Below are positions 30,000 to 44,095 of a stretch of DNA of 64,000 bases, in pieces. The position numbers were made by a program, and so were the translations under genes. The notes under the pieces are model-generated. The model was not told the origin of the DNA. It searched no databases and saw only the letters and a list, made by a program, of their open reading frames with translations. The DNA comes from Malacoraja senta (lineage: Eukaryota): NCBI GenBank assembly GCA_038087875.1, contig CM075989.1:6014001-6078000 (forward strand), in the 5' to 3' direction. The number at the start of each line of letters is the position of its first letter. Position 1 is the first letter of the stretch.

Positions 30000-31293
30000 C
30001 TAGACTAAGTAGGACCCGTTGGGACCCAGCATCACATGGGAGGGCTGGTCCCCAACACAATATTCCACCTCTCCACCAATTCCAATATTGGTGGCCAGTG
30101 GGGGAGGGGGGGCTTTCTGGAGCGCTAGTATGGGGTGGGCTGAAGGGCTGAAGGACTGGTTTCCAGAGGGCTAGTATGGACATTGTGGGCCGAATGGATT
30201 CTTGGGCTGGCAGCTCAGTCACTCAAGCCTGTTGTGCTGGCAGCTCACTCACTCATGGCTGGTGGGCTGCCAGTTGACTCACGGCTATTCCTTGAAATTC
30301 CATTTCAAGCAGTGTGCAAGGCCATCAAATTCACGTGCAGTTTCTTACCATTTCAAGCAGGTTGCAAGTCCACTAAAGATAGCGAGTCGTGACATCTCCC
30401 TCCTCCATCTTGCAGAGACTGAGCCACGCCCACACTTCTGGGTTTTATAGTCCCACCCCCACCCCCACCCCCCTCCCACCAGAAGGAGCATGGCCTTCAT
30501 GGCGTGATTGACAGGAGAGAAAAACTCAACATTTTTTAAACACTAATAACTCTTTTATTTTTCATCGATGGGAAAAGTCCTCGGCACCTGATGAGCGGAG
30601 AGGCTCTGAGTAAAATGGCCAAAAATCACAGCCGTACGTGGTAGCGTTCTTTCTAAAATCAATATAAAGCGCAAACAGGAAGTGGTCAAGATTAGACTTT
30701 TAATTATATAAGGGGCAAGGCAACTTTAATTAGGCAAGGCAACTTTAATTAGGCAAGGCATCTTTAATTAGGCAAGGCATCTTTAATTAGGCAAGGCAAC
30801 TTTAATTAGGCAACACAGCTTTAGCATTTCCGAACCAAAGTCTACACAGCTTTAGCATTTCCAAACCAAAGGCAACACAGCTTTAGCATTTCCAAACTAT
30901 ATTATTAAAACCACATTAAGGGCACTGACAGATCAGTAAAACCACTCACAGTTTAGTAGACATGTGTTCAGTGTTATTCACAGCTCAGACTGAGAGACGT
31001 GACCCTCTCACTCCCCCATCTTGCAGAGACTGACTGAGGCACTCAACACTTCCGGGTTTTATAGTCCCTCCGGAAGGGGCGTGGCCTTCAGGAGCGAGAA
31101 TCTCAACATTTTTTAAACACTAATAACTCTTTTATTTTTCATCGATGGGAAAAATCCCCTTGTCCTGCGCAGCGGAGGGAGGATCTGAGTAATATGGCCA
31201 AACATCATAGCCGTAAGTGACAGCGTTTTTTTTTCTAAAATCAATATACAGAACAACAGGAAGTGGTCAAGATCAGACTTTTAGTAATATAGA
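30000..31293 (-). mobile_element. Non-autonomous Helitron
   Basis: Minus strand A|TCTATATTACTAAAAG...imperfect GC hairpin (30011-30027)...CTAG|T; no TSD; sits in AT repeat. Confidence 0.8.
30712..30897. repeat. Minisatellites inside the Helitron
   Basis: About 5 x 19-bp AGGCAAGGCAACTTTAATT, then about 3 x ACACAGCTTTAGCATTTCC-containing units. Confidence 0.9.
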
Positions 31294-31448
31294 TACAATC
31301 TATATATATATATATATATGTGTGTAATTGTGAGTATGTGCACACACATTGAACTTTTTTTCCCTCTTGTTTATTATATTGTTTACAGTGTACTATGTTT
31401 ACATATTCTGTTGTGCTGCTGCAAGTAAGAATGTCGTTGTCCAATCTG

Positions 31449-32314
31449 TTGTATCAACAGGGGGCGCTACACTGAGGGCAGCCTCTGCCTGCAGCCTGTT
31501 CGTTTTTTTCCATCTTTTTTTTAATTTTTAATTAGTTTAATGTTTGTTTAGGGGGAAACTTTAACTTTTCTATGTGGGGGAGGGGGGTAGGGTAAGGGGG
31601 AAACTGTTTCCCAGTCGCTTCCTGGCGGGGGCGCGACTATTTCTCCAAGTCGCGTCCTCGCCCCCCTCCTTGCGGCCTACCACCTGGATCGGAGCGGCCT
31701 TTCCTACCGGGGACCGGGAACTGGACCAGAGCTGCAACAGCGGCGGCGCGGCGCTGAATTCACCGTGGAGCGGGCGATGCCGACCTAGATCGCCGTTTGG
31801 AGCTCGTGGAGCTGCGGTTTGGGAGAGCTTCCAGCGCGGCCGGCGCTGAATAACATCACGGAGTCCTGGGGCCCTTTGCCAAGGGCCGCCAGCGCTGCAC
31901 CTCTGCATCTTTGCCCGGCGCGGCCTGCGGACTTTGGGAGCCGTGGACTCCGGTAGGAGGGGGCCGACTCTGATGTCCAGGCCGCTGAGGAGGTCACCCA
32001 GCCCTGACATCGGACTTACTTCACCCCGGCGAGCGGGCCTGAACATCGGACCGCCCGTAGCGGCGACTGCGGTGGGCTCGGGGAGGCCCCGACCACCGGT
32101 GAACAGCGGGGAACATTAGAGGAAGATGACTGACTTTGGTGCCTTCCCTCACAGTGGGAAACTTTGATTCTGCTGTGTGGGGATGTTTTATGTTGAACTC
32201 TATCGTGTGTGGTGTTCTTATTTTTGATTGTATGGCTGGATGGCAATCACACATTTCACTGTGCCAACTGGCACATGTGACAAATAAAATAATTTCAATT
32301 TCAATTTCAATTTC
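31449..32314 (+). mobile_element. GC-rich non-autonomous retroposon, apparently full length, Rex1-type tail
   Basis: CAATCTG on both flanks, (ATTTCA)n tail, TTTCACTGTGCC...GTGACAAATAAA end; no recognisable ORF or Pol III boxes. Confidence 0.75.
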
Positions 32315-33136
32315 AATCTGGGACACATGACAATAAAACTCTCTTGACTCTATTGACTCATATTACAGCCTAGCTCTGGCAGTGCTGATAGATTGAGTTC
32401 TGTGACAGAAGGCTCATCAAGAATTCTGCGTGTGTTTTCCTATAAACCCAATCTGGATGTGATGGTGTGAAGACTCAGTCCAAGGCTCGTTCCATATTTC
32501 GGCAGCATTCCCGTGCCATCCTGGCTTTCATCTGAAAGTTTGTCTCTGTGAGAGACTGACGTGTTGAATAATTCGAGGAGGGCATGTTGTTTGCCTATCT
32601 TAAGGTCATACGGTCATTAGTGATAAGGACAGAATTAGGCCATTCGATCCATCAAGTCTACTCCACCATTCAATCATGGCTGATCTATCTCTCCCTCCTA
32701 ACCCCATTCTCCTGCCTTCACCCCATAACCCATGACATCTTCTGTATGCCTGTCTGACAGTGTAACGGACTTGGCCCCAGGAGTATTTCAGAAGGAACAT
32801 TAGTTACGATTTGCTTTTATTTTGTATTGTCACTGAGTTATTTTATGAGTTCCTCTTCTCTCCTCCGTAATCCCAAAATATCTTTCCTGAGATTTGGAAT
32901 AGAGCTCTCTGGGGTTTTATCTAAAGTTAGTCGCAGCTGATATTCAACTTCCTGTGTTTTCAATTCCAAACCCCTTGAGGTTATAGCCACAATTCCATTT
33001 AAAATGTTGGATTATTTCTTGAACCTGTGTGTAACTCTGATAGTGATGTCAATTTATATGTGACCTTTCAATACAGCAACACACCACACGTTGCCTCTCC
33101 CAGGAGCAAATCCCAACAAAGTCAAACCGTGAATAA

Positions 33137-34043
33137 ACGCAAAAAGCTGGAGTAAAGGGCCTGTCCCACTTGGACGACCTAATCCACGAGTTCAGAAGAC
33201 CCTAGACGAGTTGAAAAAAATGTCAAGGTCGTGTTGACTCGCTGAAGTAAAAGACATCCTACGACCTCCTACGACTATGTCTACAACATCCTACGACTAT
33301 GTCTACGATCTCCTACGACCCCCCTCGACCTCAGTCTTCCACACCGAAAACTAACTTCGACTAGCTGCGAGTGGAAAATTATCACATGGTAAAATTATGT
33401 CACGTTTGCATTTTTTTCTAGGGCCGGTTACTGACCTACGACCTAACTACGACTACCTACGAGTAAAAAGTATCAATTTTTTCCATGCCAACCTTTTTTT
33501 TACTCGCTGACATTTTTGATCAGGCTGGAAAATTCGCCGCGACCTACTTGAGGCCACGTGTACGCGGAGATCACTCACGAGCATGAGGAAGAGTTACGAA
33601 GACCTCCTACGACCTCGTGGCGACCATGCTGCGAGTATGAGTCAAGGGCAAACTCGGCAGAGGTCGCCAATTAGGTCGTGAAAGTGGGACAGGGGCTTAA
33701 CTCAGCGGGTCAGGCAGCATCTCTGGAGATAAGGAATAGGTGGCATTTCAGGCCGAGACCCTTCTTCAGACTGAGAGCCAGGGGAAAGGGAAACGAGAGA
33801 TATAGACTGTGATGTAGCGAGATATAGAACAAATGAATGAAAGATATGCAAAAAATTACTGATGATAAAGGAAACAGGCCATTGTTAGCTGTGGGCTAGG
33901 TGAAAACCAGTTACAGACAATGAGACTCACCAGGATGACATTGAAACTAGCACAACGACTAGGGTGGGGGAGGGATGAAGAGAGAGGGGATGCAACGGTC
34001 ACTTGAAGTTAGAGAAATTAATACACATACCTCTGGCTTGTAA
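33137..34043 (-). mobile_element. PLE 3' region (ORF end, UTR, hammerhead terminus) interrupted by a MITE
   Basis: Minus strand reads LQARGMCINFSNFK*, then UTR, CTGAAGAAGGGTCTCGGCCTGAAATGCC and the common terminus. Confidence 0.75.
33156..33697. mobile_element. MITE, TAA TSD
   Basis: TAA-AGGGCCTGTCCCACTT...AAGTGGGACAGGGGCT-TAA; internal CTACGA repeats. Confidence 0.9.
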
Positions 34044-34194
34044 AACCGTGAGCCAGATCACCAGAAATTCAGCCTAAAATATTGGTGCGATGCTTTGTTT
34101 AAAACAATGCCACAAAGATTCAGAGTCCTGGTGAGATGCAGCACAGATACAAGCCCTTTGTCCCACTAAGTCCATGGTGACCCTTACATTAAGG

Positions 34195-34480
34195 AAAGAC
34201 ACGCAAGATGCTGGTGTAACGCAGCAAATCAGGCAGCATCTCTGGAGAACATGGATGGGTGACATTTCTGGGTCGGGACCCTTCTTCGGACAGATTGCAG
34301 GGATGGGGAAAACTAAAGCTAGAAGAGAGGAGGGGCAGGACTTCAGTCTAAATAACTTAGGGTCTCGACCCAAAACGTCACCTATTCCTTTTCTCCAGAA
34401 ATGCTGCCTGACCCGCTGGGTTACTCCAGCATTTTGTGTCTCTCTTCAGTGTTAACCAGCATCTGCAGTTCCCTCCTACC
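34195..34480. mobile_element. Inverted pair of PLE termini with spacer
   Basis: Same family arms in opposite orientation. Confidence 0.75.
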
Positions 34481-34764
34481 CAGACCTACAAACCCGCAAG
34501 TGGAGCATCCAGCATCCAGTCACAGGGAGAATGTGCAGACTACACGTAGTTCCGGAGGTGAGGATGGAACCAGCTGGAGCTGCATGACTGCAATATTACC
34601 TGCTGCACTACTGAGCCACCTGCATCTGCTGCACCAAGGCTCCACTGACTACCCATGCCTTAAGAATTTCCACCATCACATCACTGACTAACATGAATGC
34701 ATCAGCAGCACATTGAAATAACACACCTTTCTGTCATGAACTTAGCATCATTCTTAGCTCCCTG

Positions 34765-35057
34765 TTTCGTTTAGTTTAGTTTAGAGATACAGCGCAGATG
34801 CAGGCTGCACCGACCAGCAACCCCTGTTACACTGGTGCACACTACACAATGGGGCCAATTTACAATTTTTACTGCAACCAATCAACCTACAAACCTGTAC
34901 ATCTTCTGAGTGTGGGAGGAAACCGGTGCACCTGGAAAAAACCCACACGGTCACAGGGAGGATGTACAAACTACATGCAGACAGCAGCCATAGTCAGGAC
35001 CAAACCCGTGTCTCTGGTGCTGCAAGGCACTAACTCTACCTCTGTGTTACCGTGCCT
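34765..35057 (-). mobile_element. V-SINE (diverged)
   Basis: Match to the other copies. Confidence 0.8.
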
Positions 35058-35644
35058 GCTTTTGATTAATTCAATGAAATGGTACAAGTGCACACATTTC
35101 CATGGCTTCTTGGGAACATCAATGAAAGTCTGAAGAAGGGTCTCGACCCGAAACGACACCCATTCCATCAATCCAGAGATGCTGCCTGTTCCGCTGAGTT
35201 ACTCCAGCATTTTGTGTCTACCTTCGGTGTAAACTAGCAGTCTGCAGTTCACTTCCTACAAAATAAAATTCCAGAAATGGGCAAGGAATACCTCTAGTGT
35301 CTGCCTGGGCCAACTCAATATTCCCAGGTGCGAGATTTAGCAGATATTTTAATAAATTCGTTGCAAAGAAACAGTGTCAAAAAAACCAAAATCAATTTGA
35401 AGTTCCCTTGACACTACTATTCTCATCTTCAAAGTGCTTTCAGATTTTAGCTCTGGGGAAAGATATACTTCAATCATAAAGGAAGAGTCTACACATGCAG
35501 GTTGCTAAACCAAGTGATTGCCTGTGTACAGAGAGGGCAACAAAACACACGCTTCCCCTCGATTACCTTAAGCACAAACGCACCACCTTTGAACACTTTG
35601 TCTCATCTTCTTTCTACTGAAGAATTGCCAATAATCAATTATAA

Positions 35645-36830
<1,186 letters not shown>

Positions 36831-37879
36831 TTTCAGGATCATGGCTGATCTATCTTTCCCTCTCAACCCCATTCTCATGCCTTCTCCCCATAACCCCTGA
36901 CACCCGCACTAATCGACAATTTGTTCATCTCCACCTAAAAATATCCATTGACTTGGCCTCCACAGCCTTCTGTGGCAATGATTTCCACAGATTCTCCACC
37001 CTCTGACTAAAGAAGTTTAAACCAGCATCTGCAGTATTTTCTTACACAAATTCCTCCTCATGTCCTTTTTTTTCTCAGGCTATGGCCTCTGGTTGTAGAC
37101 TCTCCCACTAGTGGAAACATCCTCTCTATCCAGGCCTTTCAGGCCTATCCAGGCCGGTGCTGTACCGTTCTACATTCTATGTTTATGTAGAATGCTTCCT
37201 CAAGTCCTTCATCTCAAACAAATGTCCACATCGTTATTTCTGAACTTCCACGGCAAAATATCCCATCAATGTTACCTGGATTGTCCCATCAATGTTCCCA
37301 TCCCATCAAATATCCCATCAATGTTACCCAAAGGTGGAAGGTCGATGGGTCTAAATCACTTGGGCACAAGAACTCTCAGACTTCAGTAATTTATTCCAAG
37401 CACATGCAGAGCCCTAAGCAGTGATTTATTTGTCATTAAGCAGTAGCCACACATTTCATTGACAATACGTTACAGGAACTTTGTTTTTGAAATTGGTTGT
37501 TTTTTGCCCTGGGTTAATTTATTGCCAGCGATGTTGACTGAGTAAGAGATGCTGGCTTTCACTCAACCAGGAATCACTCAGCTGACAATGATACAGTAGA
37601 AGAACCACAACAGCTAAGGAAAGACACGGGAGTAACTGGCTCCTGTATTTAATGGTAAATTAATTTGAATGTTACAGATGGATCCTAATTAATTTTATTA
37701 CTCATGCTCCATAGTGGGAACAACATTGGCAACTGGATTCGGAGCATTGCAGAGCCGTCATCGCTGAAATCTGACGGCACAACCAGCCGCCATGTCATGA
37801 GAATGAGCTTTTTGTACACAACGTAATGGCCTTGACTTTACAGTGCCTGTGAAGAGTCTGCACCTGTGTGATTACCTGT

Positions 37880-38200
37880 TAGAGTCATAGGGTCATAGAG
37901 TGATACTGTGTGGAAACAGGCCCTTCGGCCCAACTCGCCCACACCAGCCAACAATGTCCCATCTACCCTAGTCCCACTTGCCTGCGCTTGGTCCATAACC
38001 CTCCAAAACTGTCCTAGCCATGTACCTGTCCAACTGTTTCTTAAACGATGGGATAGTCCCAGCCTCAACTACCTCCTCTGGCAGCTTGTTCCATACATCC
38101 ACCACCCTCTGTGTGAAAAAGCTGCCCCTTGGATTCCTATTAAATCTTTTCCCCTTCGCCTTGAACCTATGTCTTCTGGTCCTCGATTCCCCTATTGGGT
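37880..38200 (-). mobile_element. CR1 3' fragment
   Basis: Colinear with 15855-16340. Confidence 0.85.
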
Positions 38201-38769
38201 AATCTGGTATTTGGCTATCAGGATTTGGTAATCGGGAACCGTGTCAAATTCAAGAAAGGAAAGGGAATATAACTGAAGATTTCAAACAAAAAATCATTAG
38301 CAAATGTTGCTTTGAACTGGTGAACTCCTGCACAAAGGCATCAGCTGAAGTCCCCAGGGCTGATCTGGCAGCCCCTGACCTCCTATCTCAACACCAATTA
38401 GCATTCTACAGGATTCACACCAGTCAGTAGGTCTCTTGTGAGGCTCAGGTGCTTTGAAAAATGCATATATTTTTATCGCAATGTGCTGGACGCTGGGTCT
38501 TGGTGGGCAGCTGCCTTTTAGAGGGTTCCCAGTCCAGGGACATGAGCTTAAAACCCTGGTGTATGAAGGAACTGCTGATGCTGCTTTAAACCAAAGATAG
38601 GCACAAAAAGCTGGAGTAACTCAGCGGGACAGGCAACATCTCTGGAGAGAAGGAATGGGTGAGTGTTTCGGGTTGAGAAGGGTCTCGACCCGAAACATCA
38701 CCTATTCCTTTTCTCCAGAGATGCTGCCTGTCCCGCTGAGTTACACTTGCACACAAAATGCTGGGGTAT

Positions 38770-39004
38770 CACCTTATACACTAGTACAATCCTACTCACT
38801 AGAATCAATTTACAATTTTACCAAAGCCAACTAACCTCCAAAGAGTCTTGCAGAAGAGTGTGGAAGGAAACCGGAGCACCTGGGGAAAACCCACGCCGTC
38901 ACGGGGACAATGCACAAACTCCGTACAGACAGCACCTGTAGTCGGGATCGAACCCGGTTGTCTGGCGCTGCAATGCAGCAACTCTACCGCTGCGCCACCG
39001 TGAC
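38770..39004 (-). mobile_element. V-SINE
   Basis: A and B boxes intact; tail missing. Confidence 0.85.
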
Positions 39005-39942
39005 GTCCCCCCACTTTGGAGGGAGGGGACAGGGGCGTGAAGAAGGGGAGAAATGGGTGAGCGTGACGCTTGGGGTACATCCCACACCTCTTCTGCTATC
39101 TCTTCTGTTTTGTTATCTGTTTCTCACTCCCATTTATCTTTGCACATCTGGTCTTTGTCTAGACATCTGCCAATAACCACCCCACCCCCACTCATCTGTA
39201 TCTACCTGTTTTCTCTCCACCTTTTGTCTTTTCACCTCTGCCATTTGTCTACCCATATGCCCTCCCCCCAACCCCCCATCCACCCCCTCCCCCCCTCCCC
39301 CCACCCCACCACCCCACTACAAAAAGCTGGAGTAACTCAGCGGGACAGGCAGCATCTCCGGAGAGAAGGAATATGTGATGCTTCGGGTTAAGAAGGGGCT
39401 CGACCCGAAACATCAGTCTGAACAAGGGTCCTGGCCCAAGAAGTCACCTGCCCATATTCTCCGAAGATGCTGCCAGACCCGTTGAGTTACTCCAGCACTT
39501 TGTGTCTTTTTTTGTAAAGCAGTTCCTTGTGTCTACATTCTCTATTTACAGTTTTGGTTTAATGTCACGTCAAGAAAAGATGGCAACTCAGGATAATCCA
39601 GCTCCGTCGGTACTGCATTGGGATCCCAGGGATTGAACAACATAACTTTTATTCAGAGATGGGAAGATATTGTACACGGATCCAGGTTAGCATGGTATAG
39701 CACTGTGTTAAATTAAACTGTGCTAATGGTGTCATATAGGACAGTCATAGTCTGTAGCAGAGGGAAGAAGCAGGCAGGATTACCACATTAGAATTACACC
39801 AACATTATTCTCTGACTGTACTTCATTCAACTGCATTTATAGAGCACTTAGTGAGACCATTCAAATATTCACATTGTCAATGTCTTAGAATAACATGATT
39901 ATTATTTTCAACATTACAGAACTCATCACAGAACATTGAAGC

Positions 39943-40615
39943 AGGTGGCACGGTGGCGCTGCGGTAGAGTTGCTGCCTTAAGCCCCTGTCCCACTTTCAC
40001 GACCTAATTGGCGACCTCTGCCGAGTTTGCCCTTGACTCATACTCGCAGCATGGTCGCCATGAGTGTCGTAGGAGGTCTTCGTAACTCTTCCTCATGCTC
40101 GTGAGTGGTCTCCGCGTACTCGTGGCCCCAAGTAGGTCGCGGCGTTTTTTCCAGCCTGATAAAAAATGTCCACGAGTAAAGAAAAGGTCGGCATGGAAAA
40201 AATTGATACTTTTTACTCGTAGATAGGTCGTAGTAGGCCGTGATGGTAGTCGTAGGTAGTCGTAGTTGGTCTTAGGTGGGGAAGACTGAGGTCGAGGGGG
40301 GTCGTAGGAGGTCGTAGACATAGTCGTAGGATGTCTTTAACTTTGGCGAGTCAACGACCTTGACATTTATTTCAACTCGTCTAGGGTCTTCTAAACTCGT
40401 CCAAGTGGGACAGGCCCTTCACTCCTGCGTGGGTTTTCTCCAAGATCGTTGGTTTCCTCCCACACTTCAAAGACGTACAGGTTTACAGGTTAATTGGCTT
40501 GGTATACGTGTAAAATTGTCCCTGGTGGTGCTAATGTGTGGGGAGCGCTGGTCGGTGCGGACCCGGTGGGCCGAAGGGCCTGTTTCCGTGCTCTATCGCT
40601 AAACTAAACTAAACT
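39943..40615 (+). mobile_element. V-SINE interrupted by a MITE
   Basis: Head 39943-39980; body and tail 40422-40615. Confidence 0.85.
39981..40418. mobile_element. MITE, inverted and internally deleted sibling of 33156-33697
   Basis: Largely the reverse complement, including the AGCCCCTG TIR variant; inserted in a V-SINE. Confidence 0.9.
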
Positions 40616-40976
40616 TCAGAACTCAAATTAAGCATCACCTTTCCAGAAAACCTTCACTACTTTCACACCTACCCGATCTCCTGTTAACGTCAGGGGCTCT
40701 TCATCTGTTGTGCCTTCAGACAATGTAGTGAACTGCATTATCACCCACACATAACCTCTGGCACGTAACGATGGGTAGGATCCCATCCTGTCTCTCTCCC
40801 GCAGTGCTTTAAGGGCCTGTCCCACTAGGGCGTTATTTGCGAGAACACTCTAAAAAAGACAAAAAGGTGCTGGAGTAAGTCAGCGGGTCAGGAAGCATCT
40901 CTAGAGGACTTGGATAGGTGATGTTGCAGGTCTGGACCCTTCTTCAGAAGGCACAGGACTCTGCCAGAAGCATCGT

Positions 40977-41004
40977 CTGAAGAAGGGTCTCGACCTGAAA
41001 TGTC
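40977..41004 (+). ncRNA. Minimal hammerhead ribozyme motif
   Basis: CTGAAGAAGGGTCTCGACCTGAAATGTC. Confidence 0.6.
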
Positions 41005-41027
41005 GCCTAACCATATTCTCCAGAGAT

Positions 41028-41830
41028 CATAATCATAATAATCTTAATCATACTTTATTAGCCAAGTATGTTTTGTAACATACGAGGAATTTGATTTGCC
41101 ACACAGTCAAACTAATAAAAAGCAACAAGACACACAAAATACATTTTAACATAAACATCCACCACAGTGACCCCTCCACATTCCTCACTGTGATGGAAGG
41201 TGAAAAAAAAGTTAAAATTTCTTCCCTTCTTTGTTCTCCCGCGGGCGGAGGCCTCGAGCCTTCTGTTGATGCGACGATCTTGGCTCCCGTAGCCGGTGGT
41301 CTGGCCCTCCGCGTCACGGCGATCAAACTCCTGCATCGGGGGGGGGGGTGGAATCTCAGCTCCACCGTTGACAGATCCTTCCATCGACGGGACGATCCTG
41401 GCTCCCGTAGCCGGGCGAACTGACCCTAGGTCAGGGCTGGTCGAAACCTTCTGTGTCGTTTGGAGCTTCCTGCCCGAGACTGCGAGCTCCTCGATGGTGA
41501 AATCCGCAGGCCGTGGTTGGAGCGTCGATCCCAGGCAAGGTGATCGGCTCCGATGGCAAGTCCATGGCCCCGTGGTGGGGCTCAAAGTCAGTTCCGAGCA
41601 AGGCCGCCAGCTCCATGATGTTAGGCCGCAGAGCGACCGGAGTTACGATCCGGAAAACAATCGCTTCTCCGGCAAGGTAAGAGATCGAAAAAAAGATTCC
41701 ATTGACCCCCCCCCCGCCCACCCCCAACATAAAACAAACTAGAGAACATTAACACACTAGAAATAAAAGAAAGACGAAAAGACAGACAGACTGTTGGCGA
41801 GGCTGCCATCGTGCGGCGCCACCCGGTGGA
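41028..41830 (-). mobile_element. GC-rich non-autonomous retroposon, apparently full length
   Basis: Splits a PLE terminus; tail AAATTCCTCGTATGTT...CATACTTGGCTAATAAA plus short tandem repeat; homologous to 57953-58676. Confidence 0.75.
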
Positions 41831-42996
41831 ATACTGCCTGACCCTGAGTTACTCCAGCACTTTGTGCCTATTTTCAATATGAACCAGCATCTGCAGTTCC
41901 TTTCCACATAAAAAAATGGGATTGTTGGGATTGCTTTGAGATAGCATGGACTTAATGGGCTGAATGGTCCGCTCTGCCTGAAGGAAACATGCCATCCAAG
42001 ACAACATGAGTTAACAACCTGCTGTGGGTACCAGTTTGTAGGTAATCACCTCCTCCTGAAGAGATGCATAACCTTTATAACAACGGGTCTCGTCCTGAAA
42101 TATCACCTGTTCCTTTTCTCCGGAGATGCTGTCCGACCCGCTGAGTTACTCCAGCTTTTTGTGTCTATCTTTGAAACAAAGAGTGTTTTTGCTGAACCTT
42201 GCAACTCGTTAGAGCACAGTCACATCTCCTGGAGCTGCAGGATAGCGGATACATTCCAGGCACGCGCTGGAGGCTTCCCCAGGTATCTGATGGAATTAGT
42301 TTTATGCAAATGGCTTTCGGGGCTAACTGCTACACCAACCTCACCGGCACATTTAGTATCGCCTGTCGTGTTTCAAGTATGGCACCCCATTGTTAAACCT
42401 CCTCTCACTCTGCACGCCCTCCCCTTGTTATGTGGCAATGTTTGCTGCTTTCATGTAAGATATATACGTTCTCTCGATTACCCAACAAATAGAATATCTT
42501 CAGTAATAACGATACGCAGACATTGCATTCGTGAGGGAAATGGGTAAGAAAAACTGATATTTATTTATCAGGTTCCACAACCGCAGGTCGTTGAAATGAC
42601 ATTCGCTGCTAATATTTGTAGTCATGCAGAAAATACAACAAAAAAACAAGTTTCCATAGAAGCAATTGATGAATAATCAGAATATCATGTTTGTGATGAA
42701 GCATAAGAGATAAATCTTGGCCTCGGGAAGCTGGGGTAGCTCACTGACTCTTTTTGTTTCAAATACCACCATGGGGACATGCACATTGGCCCAAAGAAAA
42801 CGGACGAGGCTTCAGATTTAGATCTGCAATGGGCTTCTGGCTGTGCCACACACCCTCTGTGCCTTATAGCAGTGCCTGGCACGGCTAAAGCTCTGGATAA
42901 AGCCCACTGCCATCCAACTCCGCGGCAGAGGGGGTCCCTAATGTCAGAATTGACACACCTGACATGGTTAAAAGTGCATACATTTCAATGCCAGCG

Positions 42997-43023
42997 AGAG
43001 AGAGAGAGAGAGAGATCAACGAG

Positions 43024-43106
<83 letters not shown>

Positions 43107-43235
43107 AAACAAGAAAGACTGAAAGGGAGGGCGAGACGGTGTCTGTGTGTGTGAGAGAGAGGGAGAGAGAAATAGATAGATAAGCGAAGAGAGAGTGAAA
43201 GGGAGTATGTGTGAGATAGAGAGAGGGAGAGAGAT

Positions 43236-43328
<93 letters not shown>

Positions 43329-43343
43329 GACAGACAGACAGAG
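42997..43343. repeat. (GA)n microsatellite
   Basis: Seen directly. Confidence 0.97.
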
Positions 43344-43439
43344 AATAACATTAACTGTCTCGAGGTCACAATTCACCAAATGTTCCAGCCAGATAAATAC
43401 AAGAGGAGGTCAGAGACGAGGTATTCTGAGGTGAGTAAT

Positions 43440-44095
43440 TCACCTCTTGACAGCCTGACAGGGGTGTGTGGGAACAGCTCTGCCCAAGACCGCAAGATAT
43501 TGCAGAGTTGTAGATGGAGCCCAGTCCGTCACACAGACCACACTCCCCACCATTGTAGATGTGGCCCAGTCCATCACACACAGACCACACTCCCCACCAT
43601 TGTAGATGTGGCCCAGTCTATACACACACCACACTCCCCACCATTGTAGATGGAGCCCAGTCCGTCACACAGACCACACTCCCCACTATTGACTCCATCT
43701 ACACTCCAGGCTGGTTTGGAAATACAACCAACATAATCACCGACTTGTCCCACCCCAGTTATTCCTTCCCGCTCCCATCGGGCAGAATATACAGAACTTT
43801 GAAAGCTCGCACCACCATGCTCAGGAACAATGTCTTCCCCTCTGTTATCAAGCTTCTGAACAGTCCTTCCATATCCTGGGGTACTGGCCGATTCAACGTT
43901 ATCCCATTGTGCTTTGGACTTTGTCTAGGGAACTGGTGGGCTACAATGCTGAGAACTATATTCATTACTCTGCATCCTTCCCTTTGCTCTACCTATTGTA
44001 CCCGTGTTCGGTTTGATTGTATTTCTGTATAGTATAAGCTGCATTTATTGGGTAGCATGCAAATCACAGTTTTTCACTTTAATTTGGTAATAACC
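43440..44095 (+). mobile_element. Rex1/Babar LINE 3' fragment with internal minisatellite
   Basis: IITDLSHPSYSFPLPSGRIYRTLKARTTMLRNNVFPSVIKLLN. Confidence 0.8.
43508..43690 (+). repeat. About 45-bp minisatellite, 4 copies
   Basis: TGTAGATG(GAG/TGG)CCCAGTC...CAGACCACACTCCCCACCAT repeated. Confidence 0.9.

Noticed and set aside
30712..30897. Regular short repeats resembling a CRISPR array (also 43508-43690)
   Set aside because: No unique spacers, no cas genes, vertebrate context; these are tandem repeats inside transposons.
31570..32120. CpG-island-like segments with overlapping 100-180 aa ORFs (also 23.5, 26, 41.3, 49.7 and 58.3 kb)
   Set aside because: All lie inside repeated mobile elements; the ORFs reflect GC richness and show no recognisable domains.
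42450..42550. Possible exon ending at GG|GTAAGA (about 42543)
   Set aside because: Weak acceptor, unrecognised peptide and no partner exons.
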